Assembly: GCA_030390025.1 (NCBI GenBank)
Contig: CM059427.1
Coordinates: 196,664,001-196,728,000 of the forward strand
Source of the DNA: Squalus acanthias
Lineage: Eukaryota
DNA length: 64,000 bases
Direction of reading: 5' to 3'
Below are positions 51,725 to 64,000 of this stretch, in pieces. The notes below the pieces were generated by a model that saw nothing but the letters and a program-made list of their open reading frames with translations, ran no database searches and was not told where the DNA came from. Position 1 is the stretch's first letter. Each line of letters opens with the position of its first letter. Both the position numbers and the translations under genes were made by a program.

Positions 51725-54193
51725 CTCATTGTTTACAGTGTTGCTGTAATTTATAGAATTCATCATTCCTGGATTTCCTTTCCCGATAGATTCATTCTGG
51801 ACATAACGCATGTCTGTAGAAGTCCTGCAGGTGTTGGCGTTGATGAAGTCTCTCTTCGTCGACTGCAATGTTGAACATGACTCGTAGCGGAAACTCTGAG
51901 AAAGTGGATCACCCCCGAATACCTCAACATAGTTCGGTGGTATCTGAAGGTTTCTACTGGCCTTTTGAATTCCATTCAGAGAATTTCTTGTTTCAAAGCA
52001 GCAACAAACACCCAGGGAACGGTGCTGTCCTCCAAAACCATTTCTGCTTTTATGAACCTTAACAGCCAAGATAAGCAAAATCACTAGAAAAATGATAGAT
52101 ATTATTCCTAAGGCGATGACCAAGAAAAGACTCATATCAGGATTGAACCCAGAATTTTCATGAAAAGCACTCACATTAGAAGACATTTCAATATCGCTAC
52201 CCACCACAGATAATACTATAGTCACAGTGGCAGAAAGGGATGGTGTTCCATTGTCTCTTACCACAATCACCAATCTTTGCTTAGAGGCATCTTTATTCGC
52301 AATACGACGAATAGTCCAAATTTCTCCAGTGTCTGGTGAAATAGTATAAAGGTTATGATGGGTAGCCTGAAAAATCTGATAAGAAAGTCGAGCATTCTGA
52401 CCGGCGTCAGCATCAGTGGCCGATACCTTGGCAACCAAGTAGCCTGGTGCTGCAAGCCTGGATATTGTCTCTGTTGCTGTCGACCCATACTCGGGTAATG
52501 GGTGCACAATCACTGGAACATTGTCATTCTGATCAAGGATAACAACATCCACGGTCACGTTACTGGCGAGTGTTGGGTCTCCAGAATCCTGGACCTGAAC
52601 TTGGATCTGAAAGTTTTTCAATTGCTCGTAGTCAAAAGATCTCTGAGCAAATATGACACCATTCCCCGAGTTTATAAACACGTAAGTGGCAACAGAGGCG
52701 CCCTGAACTTGAGACTCCAGGATAGAGTAGTTCAGTCGAGAGTTCTGTCCTACATCTGGATCAAAGGCTGTCACTGAGAATATGGAAGTCCCGATAATAT
52801 TGTTCTCCATCACGTTTGCCGTGTATAAATGCTGCGTAAACCTTGGTGCGTTGTCATTTATATCGGAAACCTCTACCCGAATGGTTTTCTTGGATGTGAG
52901 AGGAGGGTTTCCTGCATCCCGGCATGTTATAATAACGTCATACCTGGAGGTATGTTCGCGGTCCAGTAGATGCTGAACCAGCAGTCTATAATAGTTCTTC
53001 AAAGATGAATCTAGTTTAAAGGGCAGTTTATTTGCTATCTGACATTGTACCTGCCCGTTTAGTCCCGAATCTTTGTCTGCTGCACTGAACAGAGCCACTA
53101 CAGTCCCAAGAGGAGCATCTTCCGAAACGGTACTTGACAAAGACGTCAATACCACCTCAGGTGCGTTATCATTCACATCAATAATGTCCACCAACACATC
53201 ACAGTGCTCCGGTATTGCGCCAGTACCCTTGTCCATTGCTTGTATGTTAATCTCAAAGACACTGCGTTCTTCATAGTCCAAATTCCCTTTCACTCTGATT
53301 TCACCAGTTTTAGAATCTACCTCAAATAGTTCACGGACTTTAGCGGCAGTATGGCTACTGAGCGAGTACATTATCTCCCCATTGGGACCATCGTCCAAGT
53401 CAGTGGCATTTAATGTGATTGTCAGGGTTCCTTTGGGTGCACTTTCCAACAGGCTGATCCGATAAACCGACTGGGGAAAAATAGGCGCGTTGTCGTTAAT
53501 ATCCTTTACTATGATTGTAACCTGAACCGTACCCGATCTTACAGGGACCCCGCCGTCCTTGGCTATTAGCTTTAGCCTGTGGGTGGATTCCGTTTCTCTA
53601 TCCAAGGACCTCTGCAACACCAACACTGGTAACTTTCCTTCCCCACTGCGCATTTGTACATCGAGAAAAAAATAATCGTTCGGGAGGAGCTGGTAGGTTT
53701 GTACTGAGTTGGTTCCAATGTCCGGATCCTGCGCGGACTCGAGGGGGAAGCGCGCTCCCGGCACAGCAAGCTCGGGGATTTCAAGGCGGAGCTCGTCCTT
53801 TGGAAAACTGGGAGCATTGTCATTTACATCGAGAATCTCCACTTCAACCTGGTACAGATTGAGGGGATTTTCCACCACAACATCCAAGGTTAACACACAA
53901 GTGAGGCTCGGCCCACATAGATTTTCTCTGTCAATCTTTTCCTTAACAAACAAAATTCCATTGTCTAAATTTACGTCCACATACTGTTTGCTGGGCCCGG
54001 CCACAATCCGCAAACTGCGAGCCGAGAGCTGCTTCACATCTAAACCCAAATCGGCGGCGATATTCCCAACAAAGGCGCCCAGTTGCAGTTCTTCAGGAAT
54101 CGAATAATGAATCCTCCCAGAAACGAGATTCCACGAGGAGAATACACAGAACAACAGTTGGCATTTCAGCAACCAATATATTTTAAATCTCAT
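51725..54193 (-). CDS. Clustered protocadherin variable exon 10
   Basis: Intact 823-codon paralog; an in-frame TAG 7 codons upstream supports ATG 54193 as the start; donor GAG|GTGAGG. Confidence 0.95.
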
Positions 54194-54394
54194 TTCCAGC
54201 GAAAAACATCCCTAATTTTTCAGTTCGAGACCGCACCATTCATTATCCTTGAGGAGTTATTTGGATATATATTTTAAAAACTCGAAGAACGACGATGTAC
54301 CAAATACCTGCACGTTTTGTGAATCGCTCGGCTTATTTCATTTAAATCTTCTCATTTTGTCGAAAATTGCCACTGGATTCTCGCACAAATCGTT

Positions 54395-54605
54395 CGGAGC
54401 TGCTCGCTATCCAATGTTACAGTGCGTCTGATCTTACGTGATGGTGGCTGGGTAGTGAAGGGGGCAGGCCGGATCACCAGTCACATCTCTGCTTCTGATT
54501 GGTGAACACAGGCACATTGAAATTCAACCAATCAAATACTATTCGTTTCTTAAAGCTGGAAGGTCATAAAACACAGCAGAACACTTACATTTATCGTTGT
54601 ACAAT
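54395..54605 (-). promoter_or_regulatory. Promoter of variable exon 10
   Basis: Same conserved module. Confidence 0.75.
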
Positions 54606-54714
54606 TTAAATTGTACTACGATTTATTACAGCCTTGTGGATATTTCTGACTGTTGCGAAAAAATTGTCTCTAGAACAGAATTACAATGATTAGATATAAA
54701 GAATTTGCTTAGAA

Positions 54715-56310
54715 TAAATAAAGGCATATGAACGTAAAGAGACAGCATAAATCGTTGGGCAGATCAATTCGATTCCATTTATACTCCATCTATGATTATT
54801 CCATCATGGCTTTCCAAACCCCCACCACCTGATGATTACTTGCCATAAAACAAACAATCGGTGCCATTAAGATTTCTATAATTCTCCGCCTCTCTTCCAA
54901 ACCACGCTCCATTCAGCCCCCTTATAAAATTGTTCTTTGACCTCGAAATAACTCATGTCCCTGAGCCACGCATTCACTAACCTGTGAAATAATTGTTTTT
55001 CTGATCTGTAATCTTACTCGATTATTGAGAACTTTCTGCTTACTTCGCCTAGTCTTACAATTAGTGTCCAAGTTAAGTCACTTGTTATATTCAATTTTAT
55101 CGGTAGCTTTCAATATTTTAAAGGCTTGCATACATATATCCCTCTATCCTCTTTTCTAAAGTGTAAATTAATGCAGCTCCCTTTAATCAAAACGTACTAG
55201 ATGGCCTGAAATCATCATGTTCACCCTTCAAATTTTTCTAATTCAGGTATAACCCTATTGACCATACTCCAGTACTGGCCATAGGATTAATTTGTTTAAT
55301 GTCAGTATAAATTGTCATGACTTGAAAACCAGTACTTCCGGGCTCATCTCCATTCTCAATTTGCCTTACTACTAACACTTTTACATTCACTACATGCGTT
55401 CAGGGTATAACATGTGATCACTCCCATAACTATTTTTATTTACTTTTTCAGCCTAAGCTAGTGGAGAACTTTATTTGTTTATTTTATACTGGCTTACTAC
55501 TACCTGTTAATATATGTATTATCTTATTTTTAATCCACATTAACATGCATATTTCATACATCAACGCAACGTTTGTAATTGGTACATGCCACTCAGAGAA
55601 TAATCATGTTTCTTCCACCTCACCAGCTGCCAAATACCTCCGTGTCACTAGAAAAATTAATAACACTACAGCACCGTGACCATGTGATTTATAAACTTTG
55701 TGAACGGTGGGAATACAAAAGGATCCTTGACAAAATAACGGCTGGAAATAGTAGCCAATGCTTCTAGCACTGAGCCAATTCTCATTCCACCTAGACCATG
55801 TGCCATCTATTCCATGAGTCTTAAACTCCAGAACCAGTCTCACTTGTGGACTGTTGTCAAATGTCGATTGAAAATCGAAGTAAATTACATCTAATGATGT
55901 AACTTAAATTAGTTACCTCTCAAATAATTCCAATATATTGGTTAGGTGCAGCCTTTCATGTCTATAACATTTTTAGGATACCTGTGCTCCCCTGCAATCA
56001 TTTGTAGCATCTTACAAATGGTTATCAAGTGCTTTCTCTCATTGGATGTTGGGTGAACTGTTGTGTTATTACCAGTACAGTGCTTCACCCTTTTTTTGAA
56101 TATTGAAACTGCACGTTATCCTTAGGTCCCTAGGTGCTGTATTTATAGAACTCAGAAAGTATTAACAGGTCTCAATTAATGTTTCATTACGACACGTTGT
56201 GGTGATTCAGCCAAACTTACAATTTCCTGATGTAATTCTCCACATTGATTTTAGTTGTGCCAACGTTCATCCGTAGATTCAGGATGTGCTGATTAAAATT
56301 CAAATCCAGG
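54715..56310 (-). mobile_element. Fossil CR1 in spacer (copy D)
   Basis: Paralog of copy C. Confidence 0.7.
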
Positions 56311-57247
56311 AGAGAAGGTTGGCACATTGCATCAGCACACTACCCTTTTTGCTCTCGTGCATGAGCTTCAATTCCGACCAGACTAATTGGCTGAAATGAT
56401 CATCTCTCCTTTTACTGGTCCCAGTCACCTACCATAGAGTGTGATGGCGCGTGAGGGAATGGCTGGAGTTGGAAAGTGCAGTCTCTCCAGAAAGGGCGAG
56501 ACTTTATGCACATTTTTACGCATATGCACAGAAGTCCATTCACTGGTATCTAAATATCAGTTAAAAGTGATCCGATGTAGGTGCAGATTCTCTGTTGACA
56601 ATAATATTATTCAAAATTAATAGTTTCAAATATTGAACTGACATGAACTCAGTAATTCTGCAAATTCTTTGAAGGCCACTGATACAAGTCAACCTGATCA
56701 GTTAGGTTATTCTGGAACTCAGAAACCTCCTGATATTAAATAATTACATCGATCTATCTGAGACCAGAACAACTTAGAAGTAAGCAACCTGTTTACAGTA
56801 CCTGGCAGTAGTAAAATTCTGCCAAGGAAAGTGTCCTGTACTTGCATGGATATACATTTATGTTCAGTTCCTCTCCAGATAGTTAAAATGCAACCGTTTA
56901 GAGAGTGGGGGAAAATATCAACACTTGCTATACATCTAAATAAACTCCAGTGGGTTTAAAAGTGTCCACAGAATCCTGTGGGCTTCCAGGACACTTGTTA
57001 AACCCAATTGAACAATGCATTGGAGTTACCTATATTCGCAAGGGAACGTAAACACATCCTGGGAGATACGACTAAATAGCGGTGATGCTGGCATGTTGAC
57101 TGGAAGTGAAATAATAAGAAAACTGCGAATGATGCATTTAATACATCAGTCCCTTCCCCTCATTTCAATGTGCTGGATTTCCCCCAAAATCCTCTACATC
57201 TGAAGCAAACCTGTGAGGATTTTCACCTCTGTTTAGAAGCGCCTCAC

Positions 57248-59716
57248 CTCATTGTTTACAGTGTTGCTGTAATTTATAGAATCCATCATTCCTGGATTTT
57301 CTTTGCTGATAGACTCATTCTGGACAGAATGCGTGTCTGTAGAAGTCCTGCAGATGTTGGGGTTGATGAAGTCTCTCTTCGTCGACTGCAATGTTGAACA
57401 TGATTCGTAGCGGAAACTCTGGGAAAGTGGATCACCCCCGAATACCTCAACATAGTTCGGTGGTATCTGCAGGTTTCTACTGGCCTTTTGAATTCCATTC
57501 AGAGAATTTCTTGTTTCAAAGCAGCAACAAACACCCAGGGAACAGTGCTGTCCTCCTAAACCATTTCTGCTTTTATGAATCTTAACAGCCAGGATAACTA
57601 AAATCACTAGAAAAATGATAGAAATTATCCCTAAGGCGATGACCAAGGAAAGACTCATATCGGGAATGAACCCTGGGTCTTCAGGTAAAGCACTCACATT
57701 AGAAAACATTTCACTATCGCTACCCACCACAGATAGGATGATAGTCACAGTGGCAGAAAGGGATGGTGTTCCATTGTCTCTTACCACAATCACCAATCTT
57801 TGCTTAGAGGCATCTTTATTCTCAATACGACGGATAGTCCAAATTTCTCCAGTGTCTGATGAAATAGTAAAAAGGTTATGATGGGTGGCCTGAAAAATCT
57901 GATAAGAAAGACGAGCATTCTGACCGGCGTCAGCATCAGTGGCCGATACCTTGGCAACTAAGTAGCCTGGTTCTGCAAGCCTGGATATTGTCTCTGTTGC
58001 GGTCGACCCAAACTCCGGTAATGGGTGCACGATCACTGGAACATTGTCATTCTGATCAAGGATAACAACATCCACTGAAACGTTGCTGGCGAGTGTTGGG
58101 ACTCCAGAATCCTGGACCTGAACTTGGATCTGAAAGTTTTTCAGTTGCTCATAGTCAAAAGATCTCTGAGCAAATATGACACCGCTCTCTGAGTTTATAG
58201 CGACATAACTGGATGCCAAGGCGCCCTGAACTTGAGTGTCCAGGATAGAATAGTTCAGTTGAGCGTTCTGTCCTACATCTGGATCAAAGGCTGTCACTGT
58301 GAATATGGAAGTCCCAATAATATTGTTCTCCATCACGTTTGCCGTGTATAAATGCTGCGTAAACCTTGGTGCGTTGTCATTTATATCGAAAACCTCTACC
58401 CGAATGGTTTTCTTGGATGTGAGAGGAGGGTTTCCTGCATCCCGGCATGTTATAATAACGTCATACCTGGAGGTATGTTCGCGGTCCAGTAGATGCTGAA
58501 TCAGCAGTCTATAATAGTTCTTCAAAGATGAATCTAATTTAAAGGGCAGTTTATTTGAGATTTGACATTGTACCTGCCCGTTTAGACCCGAATCTTTGTC
58601 TGCTGCACTGAACAGAGCCACTACAGTCCCAAGCGGAGCATCTTCTGACAGTGTACTTGACAAAGACGTCAATATCACCTCAGGTGCGTTATCATTCACA
58701 TCAATAATGTCCACCAACACATCACAGTGCTCCGGTGTTGCGCCAATACCCTTGTCCATTGCTTGTATGTTAATCTCAAAGGCATTGCTTTCTTCATAGT
58801 CCAAATTCTCTTTCACTCTGATTTCACCAGTTTTAGAATCCACGTCAAACAGTTCACGGGCTCTAGCGGCAGTATGGCTACTGAGCGAGTACATTATCTC
58901 CCCATTGGGACCATCGTCCAAGTCAGTGGCATTTAATGTGATTATCAGGGTTCCTTTGGGTGCACTTTCCAACAGGCTGACCCTATAAACCGACTGGGAG
59001 AAAACAGGCACGTTGTCGTTAATATCCTTTACTATGATTGTAACCTGAACAGTGCCCGATCTTACAGGGACCCCGCCGTCCATGGCCATTAGCTTTAGCC
59101 TGTGGGTGGATTCCGTTTCTCTGTCCAAGGATCCCTGCAACACCAACACTGGCAACTTTCTTTCCCCTCTGCCCATCTGTACATTGAGAATAAAATAATC
59201 GTTCGGGAGGAGCTGGTAGGTTTGTACTGAGTTGGTTCCAATGTCCGGATCGTGCGCGGACTCGAGGGGGAAGCGCGCTCCCGGCGCAGCAAGCTCGGAG
59301 ATTTCAAGGCGGAGCTCGTCCTTTGCAAAACTGGGAGCATTGTCATTTACATCGAGAATCTCCACTTCAACCTGGTACAGATTGAGGGGATTTTCAAGCA
59401 CAACATCCAAGGTTAACACACAAGTCAGGCTCGGCCCGCATAGATTTTCTCTGTCAATCTTTTCCTTAACAAACAAAATTCCATTGTCTAAATTTACGTC
59501 CACATACTGTTTCCTGGAGCCGGGCACAATCCGCAAACTTCGAGCCGAGAGCTGCTTCACATCTAAACCCAAATCGGCGGCGATATTCCCAACAAAGGCG
59601 CCCAGTTGCAGTTCTTCAGGAATCGAATAATGAATATTCCCAGAAACGAGATTCCACGAGGAGAATACACAGAACAATAGTTGGCATTTCAGCAACCAAT
59701 ATATTTTAAATCTCAT
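57248..59716 (-). CDS. Clustered protocadherin variable exon 11
   Basis: Intact 823-codon paralog; donor GAG|GTGAGG. Confidence 0.95.
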
Positions 59717-59917
59717 TTCCAGCGTAAAACATCCCAATCTTTTCAGTTCGAGACCGCACCATTCATTATCCTTGAGGAGTTATTTGGATATATATTTTAA
59801 AAACTCGAAGAACTACGATGTACCAAATACCTGCACGTTTTGTGAATCGCTCGGCTTATTTCATTTAAATTTTCTCATTTTGTCGAAAATTGCCACTGGA
59901 TTCTTGCACAAATCGTT

Positions 59918-60128
59918 CGGAGCTGCTCGCTATCCAATGTTACAGTGCGTCTGATCTTACGTGATGGTGGCTGGGTCGTGAAGGGGGCAGGCCGGATCAC
60001 CAGTCACATCTCAGCTTCTGATTGGTGAACACAGGCACATTGAAATTCAACCAATCAGAATACTATTGGTTTCTTAAAGCTGGAAGGTCATAAACCACAG
60101 CAGAACACTTACATTTATCGTTGTACAA
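59918..60128 (-). promoter_or_regulatory. Promoter of variable exon 11
   Basis: Same conserved module. Confidence 0.75.
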
Positions 60129-60235
60129 TTAAAATTGTACTACGATTTATTATAGCCTTGTGGATATTTCGGATTGTTGCGAAAAAAAATTCTCTCGAAC
60201 AGAATTACAATTAATTGTTTAAGATCAGATATAAA

Positions 60236-61512
60236 TTGACATAGGCATCGAAGATAGGAGCAGGAGTATGCCATTCGGCCCCTCGAGCCGGCTCCGCCAT
60301 TTAATGAGATCATGGCTGATCATCCAAAATCAGTACACTGTCCCTGCTTTCTCCCCATATCCCTTGATCCCTTTAGCCTTCAGAAATATATCTATCTCCT
60401 TCTTGAATATATTTAATGAATTGGCCTCAACTGCCTTTTGTGGTAGAGAATTCCACAGGTTCACCACTCTCTGGGTGAAAGAAATTCCTCCTCATCTCAG
60501 TCCTAAATGGCTTACCCCTTATCCTTAGACTGTGACCTCTGGTTCTGGACTCGCCCGCCATCGGGAACATCCTTCCTGCATCTAGTCTGTCTAGTCCTGT
60601 TGGAATTTTATAAGTTTCAATGAGATCCCCTTTCATTCTTCTAAACTCTAGCGAATATAAGCCTAATCGATCCAATCTCTCTTCATATGTCATTCCTGCC
60701 ATCCCATGTATCAGTCTGTTAAATCTTCGCTGCACTCCCTCCATGGCGAGAACATCCTTCCTCAGATAAGGCGACCAAAACTGCACACAATACTCAAGGT
60801 GTGGTCTCACCAAGGCCTTGTACAACTGCAGCAAGACATCCTTGCTCCTGTACTCGAATCCTCTCGCTATGAAGACCAACACACCATTTGCCTTCTTAAC
60901 CGCCTGCTACACCTGCATGCTTACCTTCAGCAACTGGGCACAAGGACTCCCAGATCTCGTTGCACTTCCCCTTTTCCCAATCTATTGCCATTCAGTTAAT
61001 AATCTGTCTTCCTGTGTTTGCTCCCAAAGTGGATAACCTCGCAGTTATCCACATTTTACTGCATTTGCCATTCATCTGCCCAATAACCCAACCTGTCCAA
61101 ATCATACTGGAGTTTCTCTGCATCCTCCTCACAGCACACACGCCCACCCAGCTTTGTGTTGGCTGCAAACTTAGAGATATTACATCTAGTTCCCTCGTCT
61201 AGATCATTAATATATATTGTGAATAGCTGGGGTCCTAGCAGCCATCCCTGCGGTACCCCACTAGTCACTGCCTGCCAATCGGAAAAAGATCAGTTTATTC
61301 CAACTTTTTGCTTCCTGTCTGCCAATGAGTTCTCTGTCCAAATCAGTACCTTACCCCCAATCCCATGTGCTTTAACTTTGCACGCTAATCTCTTATGCGG
61401 GACCTTATCGAAAGCCTTCTGAAAGTCCAAATACACCACATCCACTGGTTCTCCCTTATCTATTTTACCAGTTACATCCTCAAAAATTCCAATAGGTTAG
61501 TCATTAGTCATT
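60236..61512 (-). mobile_element. Young 5'-truncated CR1 LINE (RT C-terminal half + 3' UTR)
   Basis: VTSGVPQGWLLGPQLFTIYINDLDEG..ISKFAANTKL; LYKALVRPHLEYCVQFWSPY; absent from the paralogous spacer D. Confidence 0.92.
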
Positions 61513-61524
61513 AGAATTGGCTTA

Positions 61525-63120
61525 GAAGAAATAAAGGCATATGAACGTAAAGAGACTAGCATAAATCGTTGGGCAGATCAATTCGATTCCATTTTTAATC
61601 CATCTATGATTATTCCATCATGGCTTTCCAAACCTCCACCACCTGATGATTACTTGCCATAAAACAAACAATCGGTGCCATTAAGATTTCTATAATTCTC
61701 CGCATCTCTTCCAAACTGCGATACATTCAGCCCCCTTATAAAATTGTTCTTTGACCTCGAATCAACTCACGTCCCTGAGCCACGCATTCACTAACCTGTG
61801 AAATAATAGTTTTTCTAATCTGTAATCTTGCTCGATTATTGAGAACTTTCTGCTTACCTCGCCTAGTCTTACAATTAGTGTCCAAGTTAAGTCACATGTT
61901 ATATTCAATTTTATCGGTAGCTTTCAATATTTTAAAGACTTGCATACATATATCCCTCTATCTTCTTTTCTAAAGTGAAAATTAATGCAGCTCCCTTTAA
62001 TCAAAACGTACTAGATGGCCTAAAATCATCATGTTCACCCTTCAAACTCTTTCTCATTCAGGTATAACCCTATTGACCATACTTCAGTACTCTCCATAGT
62101 TTGTTTAATGTCAGTATAAATTGTCATGACTTGAAAACCAGTACTTCCAGGCTCATCTACATTCTCAATTTGCCTTACTACTAACACTATTACATTCACT
62201 AGATGCTTTCAGGGTATAATATATGATCACTCCCACAACTATTTTTACTTACTTTTACAGCCTAGGCCAGTGGAGAACTTTATTTGTTTATTTTATACAG
62301 GCTTACTGATACCTGTTAATATATGTATTATCTTATTTTTAATCCACATTAACATGCATATTGTATACCTCAATACAACTTCTGTAATTGGTACATGCCA
62401 CTCAGAGAATAATCATCTTTCTTCCACCTCATCACCTTCTCACATACCTCTGTGTCGCTAGAAAAAGTAATAACACTACAGCACCGTGTCCATATGATTT
62501 ATAAACTTTGTGAACGGTGGGAATACAAAAGGCTCCTTGAAAAAGTAACGGCTGGAAATAGCAACCAATGCTTCTAGCACTGAGCCAATTATCATTCCAC
62601 CTGGACCATGTGCGATCTGATCCATGTGACTTAAACTCCAGAACCAGTCTCACTTGTGGACTGTTGTCAAATGTCCATTGAAAATCTAAGTAAACTGCAT
62701 CTAATGATTTAGCTTAACTTAGTTACCTCTCAAATAATTCCAATATATTGGTAATGTGTAACCTTTCATTTCTATAACCTTTTAAGGATACCTTTGCTCC
62801 CCAGCAATCATTTGTAGCATCTTACAAATGGCTATCAAGTGCTTTCTCTCATTGGATGTTGGGTGAACTGTTGTGTTATTACCAGTACAGTGCTTTACCC
62901 TTTTTTTAAATATTGAAACTGCACGTTGTCCTTAGGTCCCTAGGTGCTGTATTTATAGAACTCGGAAAGTATTAACAGGTCTCAATTAATGTTTCATTAC
63001 GACACGTTGTGGTGATTCAGCTAAACCTACAATCTCCTGTTGTAATTCCCCACTTTGATTTTAGTTGTGCCAACGTTCATCCGTAGATTCAGGATGTGCT
63101 GATTAAAATTCAAATCCAGG
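61525..63120 (-). mobile_element. Fossil CR1 in spacer (copy D')
   Basis: Paralog of copy D. Confidence 0.7.
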
Positions 63121-64000
63121 AGAGAGGGTTGGCATATTGCATTAGCACACTGCCCTTTTTGCTCTCGTGCATGAGCTTCAATTCCGACCAGACGAATTGG
63201 CTGAAATGATCATCTCTCCTATTACTGGTCCCAGTCACCTACCGTAGAGTGTGATGGGGTATGAGGGAATGGCTGGAGTTGGAAAGTGCAGTCTCTCCAG
63301 AAAGGGCGAGAATTTTGCACATTTTTACGCATATGCACAGACGTCCATTCACTGGTATCTAAATATCAGTTAAAAGTGATCCAATGTAGATACCGATTCT
63401 CTGTTGACATTAATATTATTCAAAATGAATAGTTTCAAATATTGAACTGACATGAACTCAGAAATTCTGCCAATTCTCTGAAGGCCACTGAAAGAAACAA
63501 CCTGATCAGTTAGGTTATTCTGGAACGCAGATACCTCCTGATATTAAATAATTACTTCTATCTATCTGAGACCAGAACAACTTAGAAGTAAGCAACCTGT
63601 TTGCAGTACCTGGCTGCACTAATATTCTGCTGCCAAGGAATGTGTCCTGTACTTGCATGGATTTACAATATGTTCAGCTCCTTTCCAGATAGTTAAAATG
63701 CAACCGTTTAGAGAGTGGGGGACAATGTCAACACTTGCTATACATCTAAATAAACTCCAGTGGGTTTAAAAGTGTCCACAGAATCCTGTGGGCCTGCAGG
63801 ACACTTGTTCAACCCAATTGAACAGTGCATTGAGTTACCTATATTCGCAAATGAACGTAAACACATCCTGGGAGATACGACTAAATAGCGGTGACGCTGG
63901 CAGTTTGACTGGAAGTGAAATAATGCAGAAAACTGCGAATGATGCATTTAAGATATCAATCCCTTCCCCTCATTTGAATGTGCTGGATTTCCCCCCAAAA

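Larger units (their letters stand above)
14280..64000. repeat. Tandem array of ~5.55-kb units (variable exon + promoter + fossil CR1 spacer); 8 full units and the start of a ninth
   Basis: Exon spacings are 5569, 5540, 8230, 5590, 5577, 6445 and 5523 bp; the longer ones are explained by TE insertions; spacers align along their length. Confidence 0.9.

Noticed and set aside
199-59630. Many recurring short ORFs inside Pcdh exons (e.g. MVPMSGSCADSRG 132 aa, MEFKRPVETF, MTMLPVFQ)
   Set aside because: Antisense or alternate-frame shadows of the duplicated cadherin CDS; their recurrence is explained by paralogy
14280-64000. CRISPR-like or somatically rearranging (V-segment/RSS) array
   Set aside because: Units are kb-scale genes with their own promoters and splice donors; no short repeat-spacer structure or consistent heptamer-nonamer signals seen

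Overview
Eukaryotic genomic DNA, very probably from a cartilaginous fish (shark/ray), judging by its Deu-domain SINEs, CR1 LINEs, Penelope-like and Harbinger repeats. The window is part of a clustered protocadherin (Pcdh) variable region. It holds 11 intact, tandem, minus-strand variable first exons of about 2.45 kb, each encoding a signal peptide, six cadherin repeats, a TM helix and a short cytoplasmic segment. Each ends at a phase-0 GAG|GTGAG splice donor and has its own conserved promoter with an inverted CCAAT pair. The constant exons are not in the window and should lie to the left. Exons 1-3 are older and have unique spacers. Exons 4-11 form a recently amplified ~5.55-kb unit (exon + promoter + fossil CR1) with higher-order structure and patchwork gene conversion, and a 12th unit begins at the right edge. 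Younger insertions include a Harbinger element with a nested Penelope, Penelope pieces carrying minimal hammerhead ribozyme motifs, and a young CR1. Notable extra signals are a uORF overlapping the start codon in all 11 paralogs, helically phased CCAAT pairs, a shared insertion hot spot next to the promoter, and an invariant PPxY motif.
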